Assembly: GCA_030141605.1 (NCBI GenBank)
Contig: JAQGDQ010000022.1
Span: 930,001 to 994,000, forward strand
Length of the DNA: 64,000 nucleotides
Direction of reading: 5' to 3'
Origin: Tubiluchus corallicola
Lineage: Eukaryota > Animalia > Priapulida
Part shown: positions 1-12,200 of the stretch, piece after piece
How the letters are laid out: every line of letters begins with the position of its first letter
Position numbering within the stretch: the stretch's first letter is position 1
The notes under the pieces: generated by a model
Database searches by the model: none
What the model saw: only the letters and a program-made list of their open reading frames with translations
Told to the model about the DNA's origin: nothing
Translations under genes and position numbers: made by a program

Positions 1-131
1 GCCAGTTGGTAGGTGCTTAGCTAGATACACTGTTGTTGCATCATCATATCCTTTACCTAGAACCAAATACAGGCAAGTGTCTTACAATCTCGGCATGAAA
101 GTTCCAACCAAGAACTTTGGGTACATAACAT

Positions 132-3100
132 TCAAAATGTTTTGTCATAATCAAAAGTGAATTCTAGCTGATATAATTTAAATACTAAATACTAATTTCC
201 AACTTCATACAAAATTCACTAATCTTACAACTTAATCGATTTGCAAAGCTTTAACCCTTTTTAAAAATTCTAGCTACCACTACGCCATCCCTAATTGTAA
301 GTAAAACTAATGATTCTTTGAAGGATGTGTCATTACTAGTTACCTACCAATGACGGCTTTCGTATCATAGTCCCCATAATTAGGCTTATACTCCACCATG
401 GTCGAATCGGTCCTCATTAGTAATGGTTGTTCTTCTGTAAGCGTACTTTCGTTACGTCCCTCACATTCTCCAGTCTACACATAGTCAATTTGAAAAGAAA
501 AAGTTCTCACTCTGAGATTTATAGAACAAGCTATTGATCAAGTACAAGGGAGACACACCATAATCTACAATAATTCTACTTGGTAAAACAGACAGACAAT
601 AAAGCAAAACAATTAACTTTGCAAAATCTACATTAACAAGAACCACAACTCGATGTCTGAAACTTATGCAGAGTGAAAAAGTGGTAATATTTTCTGCAAG
701 GGTATTCATCACTACTTCTATTCTTATTTTAAATTTAAAATTAAGCATTTTAATTAATATAGCTTGGTGACTTGCAAGTTGAAATTCAGAACCTTATTAC
801 GAGGCCTTTTTCAATTACGGAGGGAGAACAATTCTACTTTCAAAAAAAATCTCTTAAGAAAAGACACTGAAACAGAGTAGGCAGTAAACATCCTACTTTA
901 ACTAAGAAAATAGCAGGGAGCTGTCCCACAAGGCCAGGTATTGTGTAGCTTAGGTCACTCAATACAGAATGACCACCACTTAATTGTTGCACTGGCCAAA
1001 ATGTAATCAGTAATATTCCATTACAATTCACTCTATTCAACAGCTCAATTGTACCAGCCTGTTTCTTGCGAATAGGGTACTATACAATTGATGAATCCAA
1101 GTAGACATAAACATCAAAATAAAATTTACATAACTGTATTTATAACATGTGCTATAGCAAAAGCTAACCATGTATTAAAGCACTTTTAAGCAACTGTCTA
1201 ATCAAAATGCCATAAAAATGGAACATGTTGTCAGTATGCTACTCACCAACAAGTATACTATAGCTAACAAAAATAAATCCTCAATTACGGCACGAATTAC
1301 ATAAATATTATATATACATACACACACGAGCACGCACGCACGCACGTACGCACGCACGCACGCACACACAAACACACACATATATACATACACACACATA
1401 TATATATATATATATACAATTTTGTATACAAGGGAAAGGCCAAGTCTTCTGGGAAATAAGCTTATTTGAATGTTTGCGAAAAATGTTAAAAGGATTTAGT
1501 AATAAAACTGCAATAAGCGCCTCGTGTAATTAGTAAAATCACTTTAAAGTCCCGATCATTTCATGCTGGGATGCCCCATTTGGAACATCCATTCTTCTTC
1601 CAAAGACGTCATTCGTCCTGAAGAAAAGTAGCGTACCGTCAATCATCCTCAAAAGTTTTTACAAAAAAATTAGATAGCTAATTTTGTAATACTTTTACGT
1701 TCACCGTAGGTAAGATGTAGAAATTTGAATTAGTTTAAAAGTCACCCAGTTGTGTCATATTTCCAAGTGAATGGCGGCAACCACCGCAGCTTAAAATTTC
1801 TACTCAGAGGAGAGGCAGTATACTTTAAATTTATGCTTTATAGACAGATTTTTCTCATATTTTTCTAAGTTTAAGTGACAACAGTAAAACAAACCTAACA
1901 CTCTGAGTGACTTGCTCTTTCCTTTAATGTTAACGTTATGTTATAGACCAAAAGAATTATCAATAATAACTTTTTGTCAGTTTTCATGTCGATACTACCT
2001 ATAAAGACGAAGAGAATTTTAACAGGTTTAGGGCTGTTTTAAGAAATATTTGATTAGTAAACCTAAAAACACCTTCAAAGGTTTACCAGCTTTTCATAAG
2101 ATTGCTTGGCAGGTGGACTAGCTTCGTTTTCGCACTGCGAGTCGTTTGCTTGAACTCTAGCCTTGGAACACGGAAGGCATCCAAAACTCTGAAATACATT
2201 ACAATTTTTTTACAATTATTAATTTACAGCTCTGCAACTTGCAAACAACGTCTAACATGCTGGCCACTATTCAGTTATTAAGCCACTTAACCAGTGTCCA
2301 TGACATCATTTGAACCATAATAAAATTTCACTTTACCTGATATTGCTTCATTAAAAAATAATAAATTTAATGAAACAAAAAAATTCGCAAATTAATAATG
2401 CATCGACAATTACCAATTTTAGATGAAAGTAAGTTTTATTCACAATAAATAACCTCCACAAACCCCTGGAGAAATTTTCATAAAACAATTATAATGGCTA
2501 AGTATAAGCTCTGTAATAGACATCTAATATTACAAAATCTTTTTTTACACTGCACATTTAATAAGTAAATAGTGTCAAAATTTTCATTGTGACAGCTGTC
2601 TACATGTGAGAGGTAACACAAGAGCTGTAAGAGACTGGGTAGACACTCCATACATACAAACGTCATCTGAAAACTTAGTTTGAAGCAAAATATCTCATTC
2701 AAAGAATTAAGAATACCGGATAAAATATTTAACACTTACCAAAAATGACATCAAAGCTGCCAATAACAGCTTCGTCCAGTTAGAATCCCTGTGCAAATAG
2801 GTCCTTCGTTACCATAATCATAAAATTTCATCACTTCACAATAACTAAAATATAAAGTAAAGTAGACTAATTACTTTATTAAATAAATAAAACCATAATC
2901 GATTCCAACTTCTGGAGTTCTTAAAATTTCGACTCCACAACTTTGCTTGTGATGGAAGAAATTGGTTGCAGTCTTAAGCTAACATCTCTCAGTTACCACC
3001 TTTAAGTATATATCCATAATACCATTATGTTATATCAACATTTGGTTTATATACAGCCTAGTGTAAGTTGCCATTTAAATATTAACTACTCTTGCTAATG

Positions 3101-3535
3101 TAGAATTTCGTTATGTTTTGCCACAACCTAAGCAGATTCTCGCCATGACTTTTTACGAGAATCCACACACAGAATCAAGGTCTAAATTATATAGTTCAGG
3201 TATGATGAGCTATAATTATTGAATTTCAAATAAAGTGATTTATTATAAAAATTAATCACTATCAGTATTGACATCTTTTTTTCAGACTGAGGCCTAACAT
3301 TTCCTGATTTAGTCTCCAAGCCATTTAGATTTTGTTGATTCTTCTCTTTGATAGTGAACCACAATCATCATTTCCTTTATCAAGAAGTGTATAACAAACA
3401 TTTGAAACAACAGTTGCTTTAAATTTATGCGAAACACGTAAAATTTTACTGATAACTTGACAAATCGGCCGTTTCCAAACTTTACACCGTCTACCTGGAC
3501 TTTGCATTCCTTTTGGCTTTGCAACGAGTGTACAT
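132..3535 (-). CDS. Uncharacterised small multi-exon protein (~91-116 aa). Exons: 3495-3535 (tentative), 2740-2788, 2087-2188, 348-474, 132-163 (tentative)
   Basis: The three internal exons have AG/GT boundaries and join in one open frame: ...DSNWTKLLLAALMSFL|SFGCLPCSKARVQANDSQCENEASPPAKQSYEKL|TGECEGRNESTLTEEQPLLMRTDSTMVEYKPNYGDYDTKAVI|EFTFDYDKTF*. The start (ATG 3535 or ATG 2751) and the last exon are uncertain. No family recognised. Confidence 0.55.
1307..1416. repeat. Compound microsatellite (TA/CA/GCAC)
   Basis: Directly visible tandem di- and tetranucleotide runs. Confidence 0.9.
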
Positions 3536-3780
3536 GCCTACAGTTTTTACATGGAAATGTGAATGAAAAGCGCAGTGCACCAAAGACACTTGTGAAGTAA
3601 ATAAGTAAGCCCGCAAACACAACATGGCAGCGTACTGATTGTGCCAGTATTTTTTATCTTTTAAAATTCAGGTAAAACCTGTGCGAAACTAACAGATCGG
3701 CAGGGTTAGATTCGTGGTAATGACGTTTTCGCGAGAATTTGTGTGTCGAAATTCCGGCCCGGTATTATTTTTTACATAAA
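3440..3780. promoter_or_regulatory. Candidate CpG-rich promoter, possibly bidirectional
   Basis: Local CpG cluster in AT-rich DNA at the 5' end of the minus-strand gene; YY1-like AACATGGCAG at ~3621; TGACGT at 3721; TTTCGCGAGA at 3727-3736. Inference only. Confidence 0.4.
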
Positions 3781-5782
3781 TTTATAGGTCTAGTCTACAC
3801 TTTTAGTATAGTTAATTGTGTGTGGGAGGTTGAAACATATAAAGACAATGTGTTCTCTTTTCTTCCTTTCCCTTTCATGCAGTTTTTAAGTATAGCATTT
3901 TAATAGGATAATTGGTTATACATGTGATCAGAGCTATATAACTGACTTTACATTTTTGATTGTTTTGTATTGGTAGGCAAATGAATTACTTGATATGTGA
4001 TTTATAAGAGCAAAAACACAATTCTAATAAAAATACAAATTGAGGGGTATTAAATAATTATGCTATACACTCGCAATCTAGTATTTAATAATCAGTTTAA
4101 AAAAGGACTAACTATTTAAACATATTGCAGAAACATATATTATTTACTGCTTATAGGGTTAGTGCTTAAGAATGAATCAGCAGCATTAAAACAGGATATC
4201 AATCAAATTGTCAGATCTCAATTACGCACAGCTTTCAAATCCAAACTGATGCTGGAGTTTTCGTAAGTACTTGCTTAGAATTTTAAATTTAAGAAAACAA
4301 AATTGATAACCCTCAAAGTTTTCCTTTTGTCTGGATGCAGCCAGCAGCCAATTTTGTTGCGAGTGAAAGCGAAGGCAACACTATAGTATATCTTTAGTCT
4401 ACTCCACCTGAAGTTGCAGATAGAAGAGGGCAGTACTGCAGTGCACTTAGGTTGATTGTACTCTTCATTTAGGCCAGCTTCCAATTTGTTTGTGTTTTTG
4501 ATATGTTAGTCTCACTTGTTCTTCAAGGATCATCAACAACACACTCATTGAGGCAATTTTCAAATCAGTCAAGCTTGAGGCTTATCAGTCAATACAGGGA
4601 TCACAAAACGTCAATATACCAACAGGAGTCCACCTCACAATGGCCAATCATGTACTTTAACTGACTAGCTGCTTTGCAGTGTCATAACTTTACTCACAAA
4701 CACCACGGTAAACGCACGTACAGAATATACTTAAACATACCAAACATATTGCGAAAATATGTATGTATAGTAATTGTGTGCATGATTAGATTATTTTTCA
4801 TTTAGACAAAAAGGACAAACAAACGTTGCCGATTAATCAAACATGTGGAAGACCTCACGAAAAACTGAACCATATAAAAATTAATAAAAATAATAATAAA
4901 ATTAATATAATAATTAATAAAATTAATAAATGCTGTCTTTTCCAAGGTAGTTAGCTACCTATTTTTCAAATTTGAATCTTGGCAGTTTTTACTAGGTTAT
5001 ATTCTAATACTAGTACGTATTATTTCATTAACTTATTCCGCCATAAGTGAAATTCCGGGGCTGATCAACCATCGTGTCATTGGTGCAGCGCTGTCCGTCA
5101 CAATGCACCAAGCAACCATATCGAAATAGGCGAGCGCTCGGCGAAAATTTAACAAGACCTGGATTCTAATACTATGCCCACACTCCTTATCAGAAAAGCT
5201 TTAATCGGTTACACACGTTCGCATAAATAGTAGCCTGTATGTGCCTGATTAAGTGTTACAGATAAAAAGATATTTAAGCCTAATTTTAAACGCATTACAG
5301 ATAAAAATACGATTAAACTAAGACCAAAGAACATTTATCACAAAATCAACTTACAGAGAGAAGCGCCATTTAACTTTCTTCAGAGAGTCTTCGGAACGCA
5401 AAATCATTGAACAATATTCGTTAATGTTCAATTTTGTTAATTTTCTTTACAACTTGCGACTAGCACGGTGAAAAGAGAAAAGTGACTAGACGAAAAAGAC
5501 ATAACTCATTGAATTTGTACAATTGATTTTATGAAAAAATATATATAATACAGATGTAATGATAGCAGACAAGTGAAAAGGGTAATTCTTCCCATATCTG
5601 TATATGTCATCAATCGCCAGGATTAAAAGGAAACCAAACTACTACATGAAGAAAAGTGTGAAAACAGTTTTGCAAAAAATAATTATAATAATTATATTAT
5701 AAATGTATATACTTCAACCATTATTTATTTTTTATTACAGTTTAAGCTTCAAGTCGTTATTTAATTAATTATTACTTATTAG

Positions 5783-6191
5783 TAGGGGTGAGCATTCTCT
5801 ACCAGAAAGCGAATTAGAATCGAACCGAATTTATGACTTTCGAATTCGAATCGCACTGAACTTCAGTGTTTCGAATTCGAACCGAATTCGAATTGAGATT
5901 GAAAGATTTTCGAACAAGTTTTCGAACCACCAGTAAAAATTTGTCTTACAAAGATCGTGCATATCACTTGATTTTGTTCTGCAATCAAACGACTAGTAAT
6001 TTCTTTAAAATTGTGCACAGAAATCGTAGCTAAATTATGTTAATTGCACGATGTTTCAATCGTTTTAGTGATAAAGAACATATGTGATCGTGTTGCTGAA
6101 TTATTCGAATCTATAGTTTTGGATTTGAATCGAGTTCGAACTGAAAAATCTCGTTCGAATCGAATTCGAGAGTTCGAATTCTTACGATGCT
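5783..6191 (+). mobile_element. hAT-type MITE (TAGGGGTGAGCAT terminus, TTCGAA-rich), right end truncated
   Basis: Homologous to the reverse complement of the full copy at 22799-23140; subterminal TTCGAA arrays. Confidence 0.75.
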
Positions 6192-7432
6192 TACTCAAAG
6201 TATCCATGCATTCACCCTACGTCTTCCACGTCCACTAGAGCCACTCTAGATTTGCTGGAAGAGGACTTTGCTCACTTCAGATTACCTCACACGCTTATGA
6301 CAGACAATCCAACAACCTTCATGCCTGATGAGTTCCAGAGCTGGTGCAGAGAACGTGGGATCACACATCTCACAGGAGCACCATACCATCCAGCTACCGA
6401 GCAACAGAGCGATTGGTGCAGACATTTAAGCAAGCACTCAGAAAGTCTTCTCTGCCCCCGAAGCGAGCCCTTCAAGAGTTTCTGATGCAGTACCGGAGAG
6501 CACCGACATCCTGTGGATTCTCTCCGAGCAAACGCATGATGTCTAGGCAGATACGGACAAGGATCGACTCCTTGTTACCCTTGCCAGCACACCGCTCAGG
6601 GCAAGCAATCCAATGAATCATCTCGCTCGACTCCAGACTCGGGAGGTATTGCCAAGGTCACAAAGCAGTGCAAGGCTGGAGAGCATGTCTATGCACTGTA
6701 CCTCGTCGAGACGGACATCCCCGATGGGTACCAGCAGTCGTCAAGAAAGCTTTGGGTACTTGCTGCTTCAACGTTACGGTCTTTCCTCGTGGTCCAGTGT
6801 GGAGACGACACTGGGAACAGCTACGTCCGTGTTACGCTTCTGCAGAGAACTACGAACCTGGTGATGAGACGGACTTTACTTCTGAGTTTCCACCTGATCA
6901 TCCAATGGAGATCCAGGAAGAACTGCCCGAAACCCTGAAGCAGACTGGAGGCCATGTCCGAGACCAAGCCGCATGTGCCAGAGTATAGACCGGACAACCC
7001 CAGACAATCCAAGAGGACACCCAAGCCGGGAGAGAGAGACTTTGTTGCTGATGCTTTGGGGACAGCATCAATTTCAGTGGGGAGTTGTTGTGGAGATCAC
7101 TGGCATCTATTAGAATTAAATAGAACATTGTAGAATAATCGTCTTACCGTGTAGAATGTTCTGGCAAAAAACTTCTAGAAGCTCCTCGGGCACACTATAT
7201 AAGGCGAAGCAGGCCGCTGAGAGACACACACAGATTTCGCATGGACGTATACTTACACATTCTCTTGTATACTTGTATTTTCAGATACACAAACATTTTC
7301 ACATTTACTGTAAACATTTTGCATTCCTTCATACTTTTGTGTTGTGGAATTCTCGTTTAATAAACTAATTTAATTTGACGACATGTTTTCTGGTTTTCTC
7401 TACGAGCCTTCCGAGAGAAACAAAACACAACA
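6186..7432 (+). mobile_element. Ty3/gypsy LTR retrotransposon 3' fragment: frameshifted integrase, PPT and 3' LTR
   Basis: Integrase core DAYSKYPCIH...TLMTDNPTTF...HLTGAPYHPAT..ERLVQTFKQAL...YRRAP spread over three frames (ORFs 6252, 6344, 6668); purine tract ending at 7085. Confidence 0.85.
7086..7432 (+). repeat. LTR (347 bp)
   Basis: TGTTGTG...CACAACA perfect 7-bp inverted termini directly after the PPT; internal TATATAA (~7196) and AATAAA (~7359). Confidence 0.8.
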
Positions 7433-9202
7433 GTGCCCCATCTATGGAACTCATTCTCAGCTGATTCTGTAAATGTACTATTTATCGATAAATTTAAAAT
7501 GAATAATTATGAGAAGCAACAGTGCACGAGTTGAACTCTAGATCTTGATGGCATTGTAAAGAAGATTGCAGAAGTTTAATACAGCCTTACAAGTTACACG
7601 GCGTATTTTGGTGGTCAGCTACTGATTAGATTACCCCAAACCCCATAATATAAAGAAGTGAACATAGCTGGAAAAAATTCCGAAATCTAGAACACGAATG
7701 TATAGGGAAAAGGTTTCTTCTTCGCACCACGCCCTGGCGCATTGGCGTACTGCGCGTGGTCTAAATGCATCTATGATAATGTACTTTCACGGTGGTCTGC
7801 ATTGCATGTTACATAAATAATCTACTGTGTTTATAAAAGTTTTTGCTCATATTATAGCAGATAAGAAGTTTTCTGTTCACCTCAAGCCAACAGCTAGTAA
7901 TTACTGGAAATAAATAAAGTATGATTATCAGAATTCGGGAGATAGCTCGATGATCAGAAATAACATAACTGTACAACACACCTTACAATATAGCATTATT
8001 ATTAGCATTACTAGTATTATACTAAGTATTAATAATTGTTATTCAACCACAGAATCACAAAATTCCAAATTTCAGAAAGAATAAGAATCATTTTATTTCT
8101 CACACATGGACAGTATTAGCATCACATCAAGATACAACAGAAGGATGCTAAATGCGAGGGCAACATTCGACAATTAAGTCCTGTACTTGTTGCCATTATT
8201 CGAATTTTATACTTTATAGTATACTGTAGCTGTATAGAAATTACTACTGTAATACAGTATAAAAATTTAATGAAGTAGTGCAGAAACTAAAAAAAAGTAA
8301 AAGACGTTCAATACCTAGAATTGACAATAGGCTTGCCTCTACATATTTCTTTATACCTCTAGAAACATATAACGTGAATAAGTTGAACCTGTTGTGAAAG
8401 AGTGTGATGGGTGCATTGAAAACTTGTTACGCTTCTTAACTTTGTCTTTAATTATTCTCTTTAATATTATAATATTCAAGTTTATTTTCATCATGTTCAA
8501 TTGGATCATTTTATATTCAGTTTATATAATACTTTATTAATGAAATTAGGTTTGTCAAATTTCAGTTATGTTATACAGTTATACTGACTTATTGGAGTAA
8601 TAATGAAGATAAAGTTTTAGTAATTTTAACATGAAAGTTACAAATTTTAATACAGTGTTGACATTGTTTTTGCTGTGGTGCAACTGGTCAGGTGGATGGA
8701 TTGATTGAGAAGACACACATCGCAAAACTTCATTTACTGAGCAAGTGAGCACTTACAAAAGTTCAAAGTTTAATTATTTAGTTGAATATTTTTAATGTGC
8801 TTTAAATCTGCACTTGAATGTATGTATTTTAGTTTGTATTTTTTTGTTTTTTTTTGTCTGTCGAAATATAGGTTTACAACTATGGTTTTTTAGTAGGCCT
8901 GCATGTATGCAACCTAGTAGAAGCTATAAGCTTTTGAGACAGTTTTACAGTAAAGTATACTTAAACTGGTTCAGTGTGATGTGAGGAGCAAACGTTTCAG
9001 GATTAATTGTGTGCACATTTCTTGTTTTCTTCATCAAAATGTTATATGATATATGTTGGAATTCCAAGTTCTTCAGGCTAGCTACTTCAAGTGTTTTTTA
9101 GGCTTTTGCATCATATGAATGTTGCTGCATTTGAAATTAGTACAGAAATATTGCTGCTGTAATGAAAGTAATTTTCTTTATTATTCTTTTGAAGAAATTG
9201 GT

Positions 9203-12200
9203 ATGGCGCAGCCTCCACAAGAAGAGCTTGCTAAGCTCCAAACTAAATATCCAGCATTGCGTAGGACAACTTTCTATCCAAGCAATCTTCATGCCGTAAT
9301 TCAAAGTTCCACTGAGAATTATAAAGGAATAGTGTTGCCGGAGAAAACGCTCACATTGCCTAAAGGAGTTATTGCCATCCACTTCAAATATCTCAATCAT
9401 CTGGATCTTAGCTATGATCACTGTATCTTTTTATCATTTTATCTAGTTATGGTAGCAAAAAAGATAACTGAAAACTAGGTCAAAAAATTGTTAAGAAGAT
9501 TTAAGGAAGGTACAACAGCAACAACATTTTGACTGTATTTCTGATAAAAGAAACTTGCAAAAGAGTGTTTGATGTCTTATTTTGTATTTACTTGAGTGAT
9601 AGAAAATTGGAAATGCAAACAACACCCCTTTTTAATGAAATCAGCTTGGGTGCTAAATTTCACCTGATTTACCTGATGAACTGTGTGTGTGTGCATGCGT
9701 GTGTGCGTGCGTGCGTGCGCGTGTGGGCGCGTGTGTGTTAACATGCAGATAATTCTGAATGTCGAGAATAAACACAATTGCTGTACACTTTATAGTAAGA
9801 AAACAATGATAACACAAATAACAAAGATATTTCCGTCCAGTCTGTACAACTATAATTAGTAAATTTCCCAGTTTTAGATGGTCCAATGTGTCAGATTGAA
9901 GTGGTGGAATGTACATTTAGAAAAAAGGTTGAAAATTATTTTGGTGCTATGACATTTGAATTACATATTTGATATATGATTTTGGCATTTGTCAACAAGT
10001 ATTAAAGCATCAGAGAATTTGCTTGGCTGCTAGTTATATATGTTAAATTGTTAAATGATATTATTCTGGGCTCATAAAATGTATTTGTGTCATTAATTTT
10101 ATATGAGACGGCAAATAAAATAAAGCTTTGCAGGGTTGTTTATAATTTTTTTACTGTTTTGTTCCAAGTTTAGAAATAACTTTGTCCCTATGGGGTAAAG
10201 ACGATATACATTGTTCCTTCTCTCACGCTTTTAAAACTTGCGTCCAGTTTTTGAAATCTTTCGAAGAATTCGTTGGAGCATGCTTTTCTGATAAAGAACC
10301 ATCTATGGTCATGTGTTTCGATACAAGTTGACAGACATTTCGATACAAATTTAATTTGACTTAACTTATGATAAAAACCTAGTGTTTGCTCATCCTAGTA
10401 ATGTTGCTGTGTATTTGAGAATAAAAGTGGGTAATAAAACACGCTTGACTAGAATCGTGAAGACCAATGGCAATGCTCAAGTTCTAATCGACTGTATGAG
10501 GCACATTATCATACAAGTCAGTACAAATTAGTTACACTCATTAGTAAAACCATAGTTACACTCAAGGAACTCTGCTACTCTTGTCGTTGTTTGTCTATTT
10601 CTTGCTTCTTGCTCACTCTTTGTACTTTGCTATTATCATCATTTGCTGTTATCTTTGTTACTTTTGTCATTTAGTTCCTGTTGTTGCTATTACCATTACC
10701 ATTTGTTGTTATTGTTTTTTTTTTTGCTGTTGTCTATGTAATCGTCGTCGTAGTCATCGCAGTATGGTTGTTTTTTGCTTGATGATTTGTTGTCCTCATC
10801 ACCATCATTGCTGTTGTCATTGTTACATTTGTTGTTATATTTCTATTGCTGTTGTTGCAGTTGCTGTTACTGTTGTTGTTGTTTTGTTGCTGCTGCTATT
10901 GTTGTCATTGTTATTGTTGTCGTCATCATTGTTGCTGATGCTATTACTGTTGCTGTTGTTTGTTTGTTTGTTTGTTTCATGCACACTGTTTTGTCGTCTT
11001 CATCATCATCAATATTGCTGTTGTCATTGTTTCATTTGTTCTTTTGTTTTTAGTTCATTTGTGTAATGAGATATAGAAATGCTGTCTTTGCTGTTTAGTG
11101 CCAAATTTTCCAGTATAAAACTTTGCTAGTAAGATATTTTCCCCGTATCATATTTCCTTAGTACCAAAGTTTAGTTGTACCACACTTTCTTAGTACCAAA
11201 CATTATTACTGCAAATTTTAAGTAGTCCATTCATTGAAGTTTCTGTCTTCATTCATCACAAGTGATTCGAAAACTTTCAGATTCCAACTACAACAAACGA
11301 GCCAGAGTCGAAAATTTATGTTGATCTTTTCGGCATCGAGAAAGCCTATGGATCATTCAAACTCATCGGCGAAGCCATCATTAAAATGTATGATGTGATA
11401 AAGGTATGCTTAAATGATGCTTCTAGTTAATAACCATAGCAGTGAAAGCAGCCAGTACTTTGTTCAACCTGTTTCTTTTTTGGTAGAAAAGTTTGTACTG
11501 TAGATAATGTATAGATGATTTGGCTTAACTACCTAATGCTTTTAAATCTTCATATTTGTTGACATGCAGTTTACTAGCTAAGCATTTTTTCTGCAGAAGC
11601 TTTTCATCGTTGAAAAAATTCAACTGAGAAAGAGAATTCAAGTAGTTGCAGAGCTGGCTATTGAAATTTGCTTTGCATACGGCAGTTTTGGCTATGGCTA
11701 TTCAAATCAGGTAAATTATTTATGTGCTTGGAGTCAAATTGTTGTTAGTAGTATTTATATTTTCCGACCATTTGACTACAAAAGGAACAATGCAATAGAG
11801 TACAAAGATAACTAATAAAAATGCAGATGTGACGACTTTTCATTGCGTCACACATTCATTGCGTCACACAAGAAGAATGTTATTTAGGTACATAAGTAGT
11901 AGATGCATAATTATTCATCAATAATTAATAACTTTTTTTAATTAGGCTTTACCAAATAGCAAAAATTGATTTTGATTACTACTAATTGCAACTTTAATTT
12001 ATTTTACGATGTTTTTTCTAAGAAGGCATTAAAATGTTAAGTCTACGTATTATGTTTAGGACATATAACAAATGTTAGGATAATAGAATTTTTTATCAAA
12101 TGAGTCCTTAAAGCTGTTATCAGTCTCTGGGAACTCATAGCAGAGTAACTCAACCCCCATGAGGCCTGCTACTTAAAACCTAGTTCCAACAGGATTTTTA

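Noticed and set aside
840-1080. Open minus-strand frame inside the small gene's intron
   Set aside because: Weak acceptor, no donor that keeps phase, and no recognisable motifs.
10581-11066. 161-aa Cys/Leu-rich ORF
   Set aside because: Translation of a trinucleotide low-complexity tract inside an intron.
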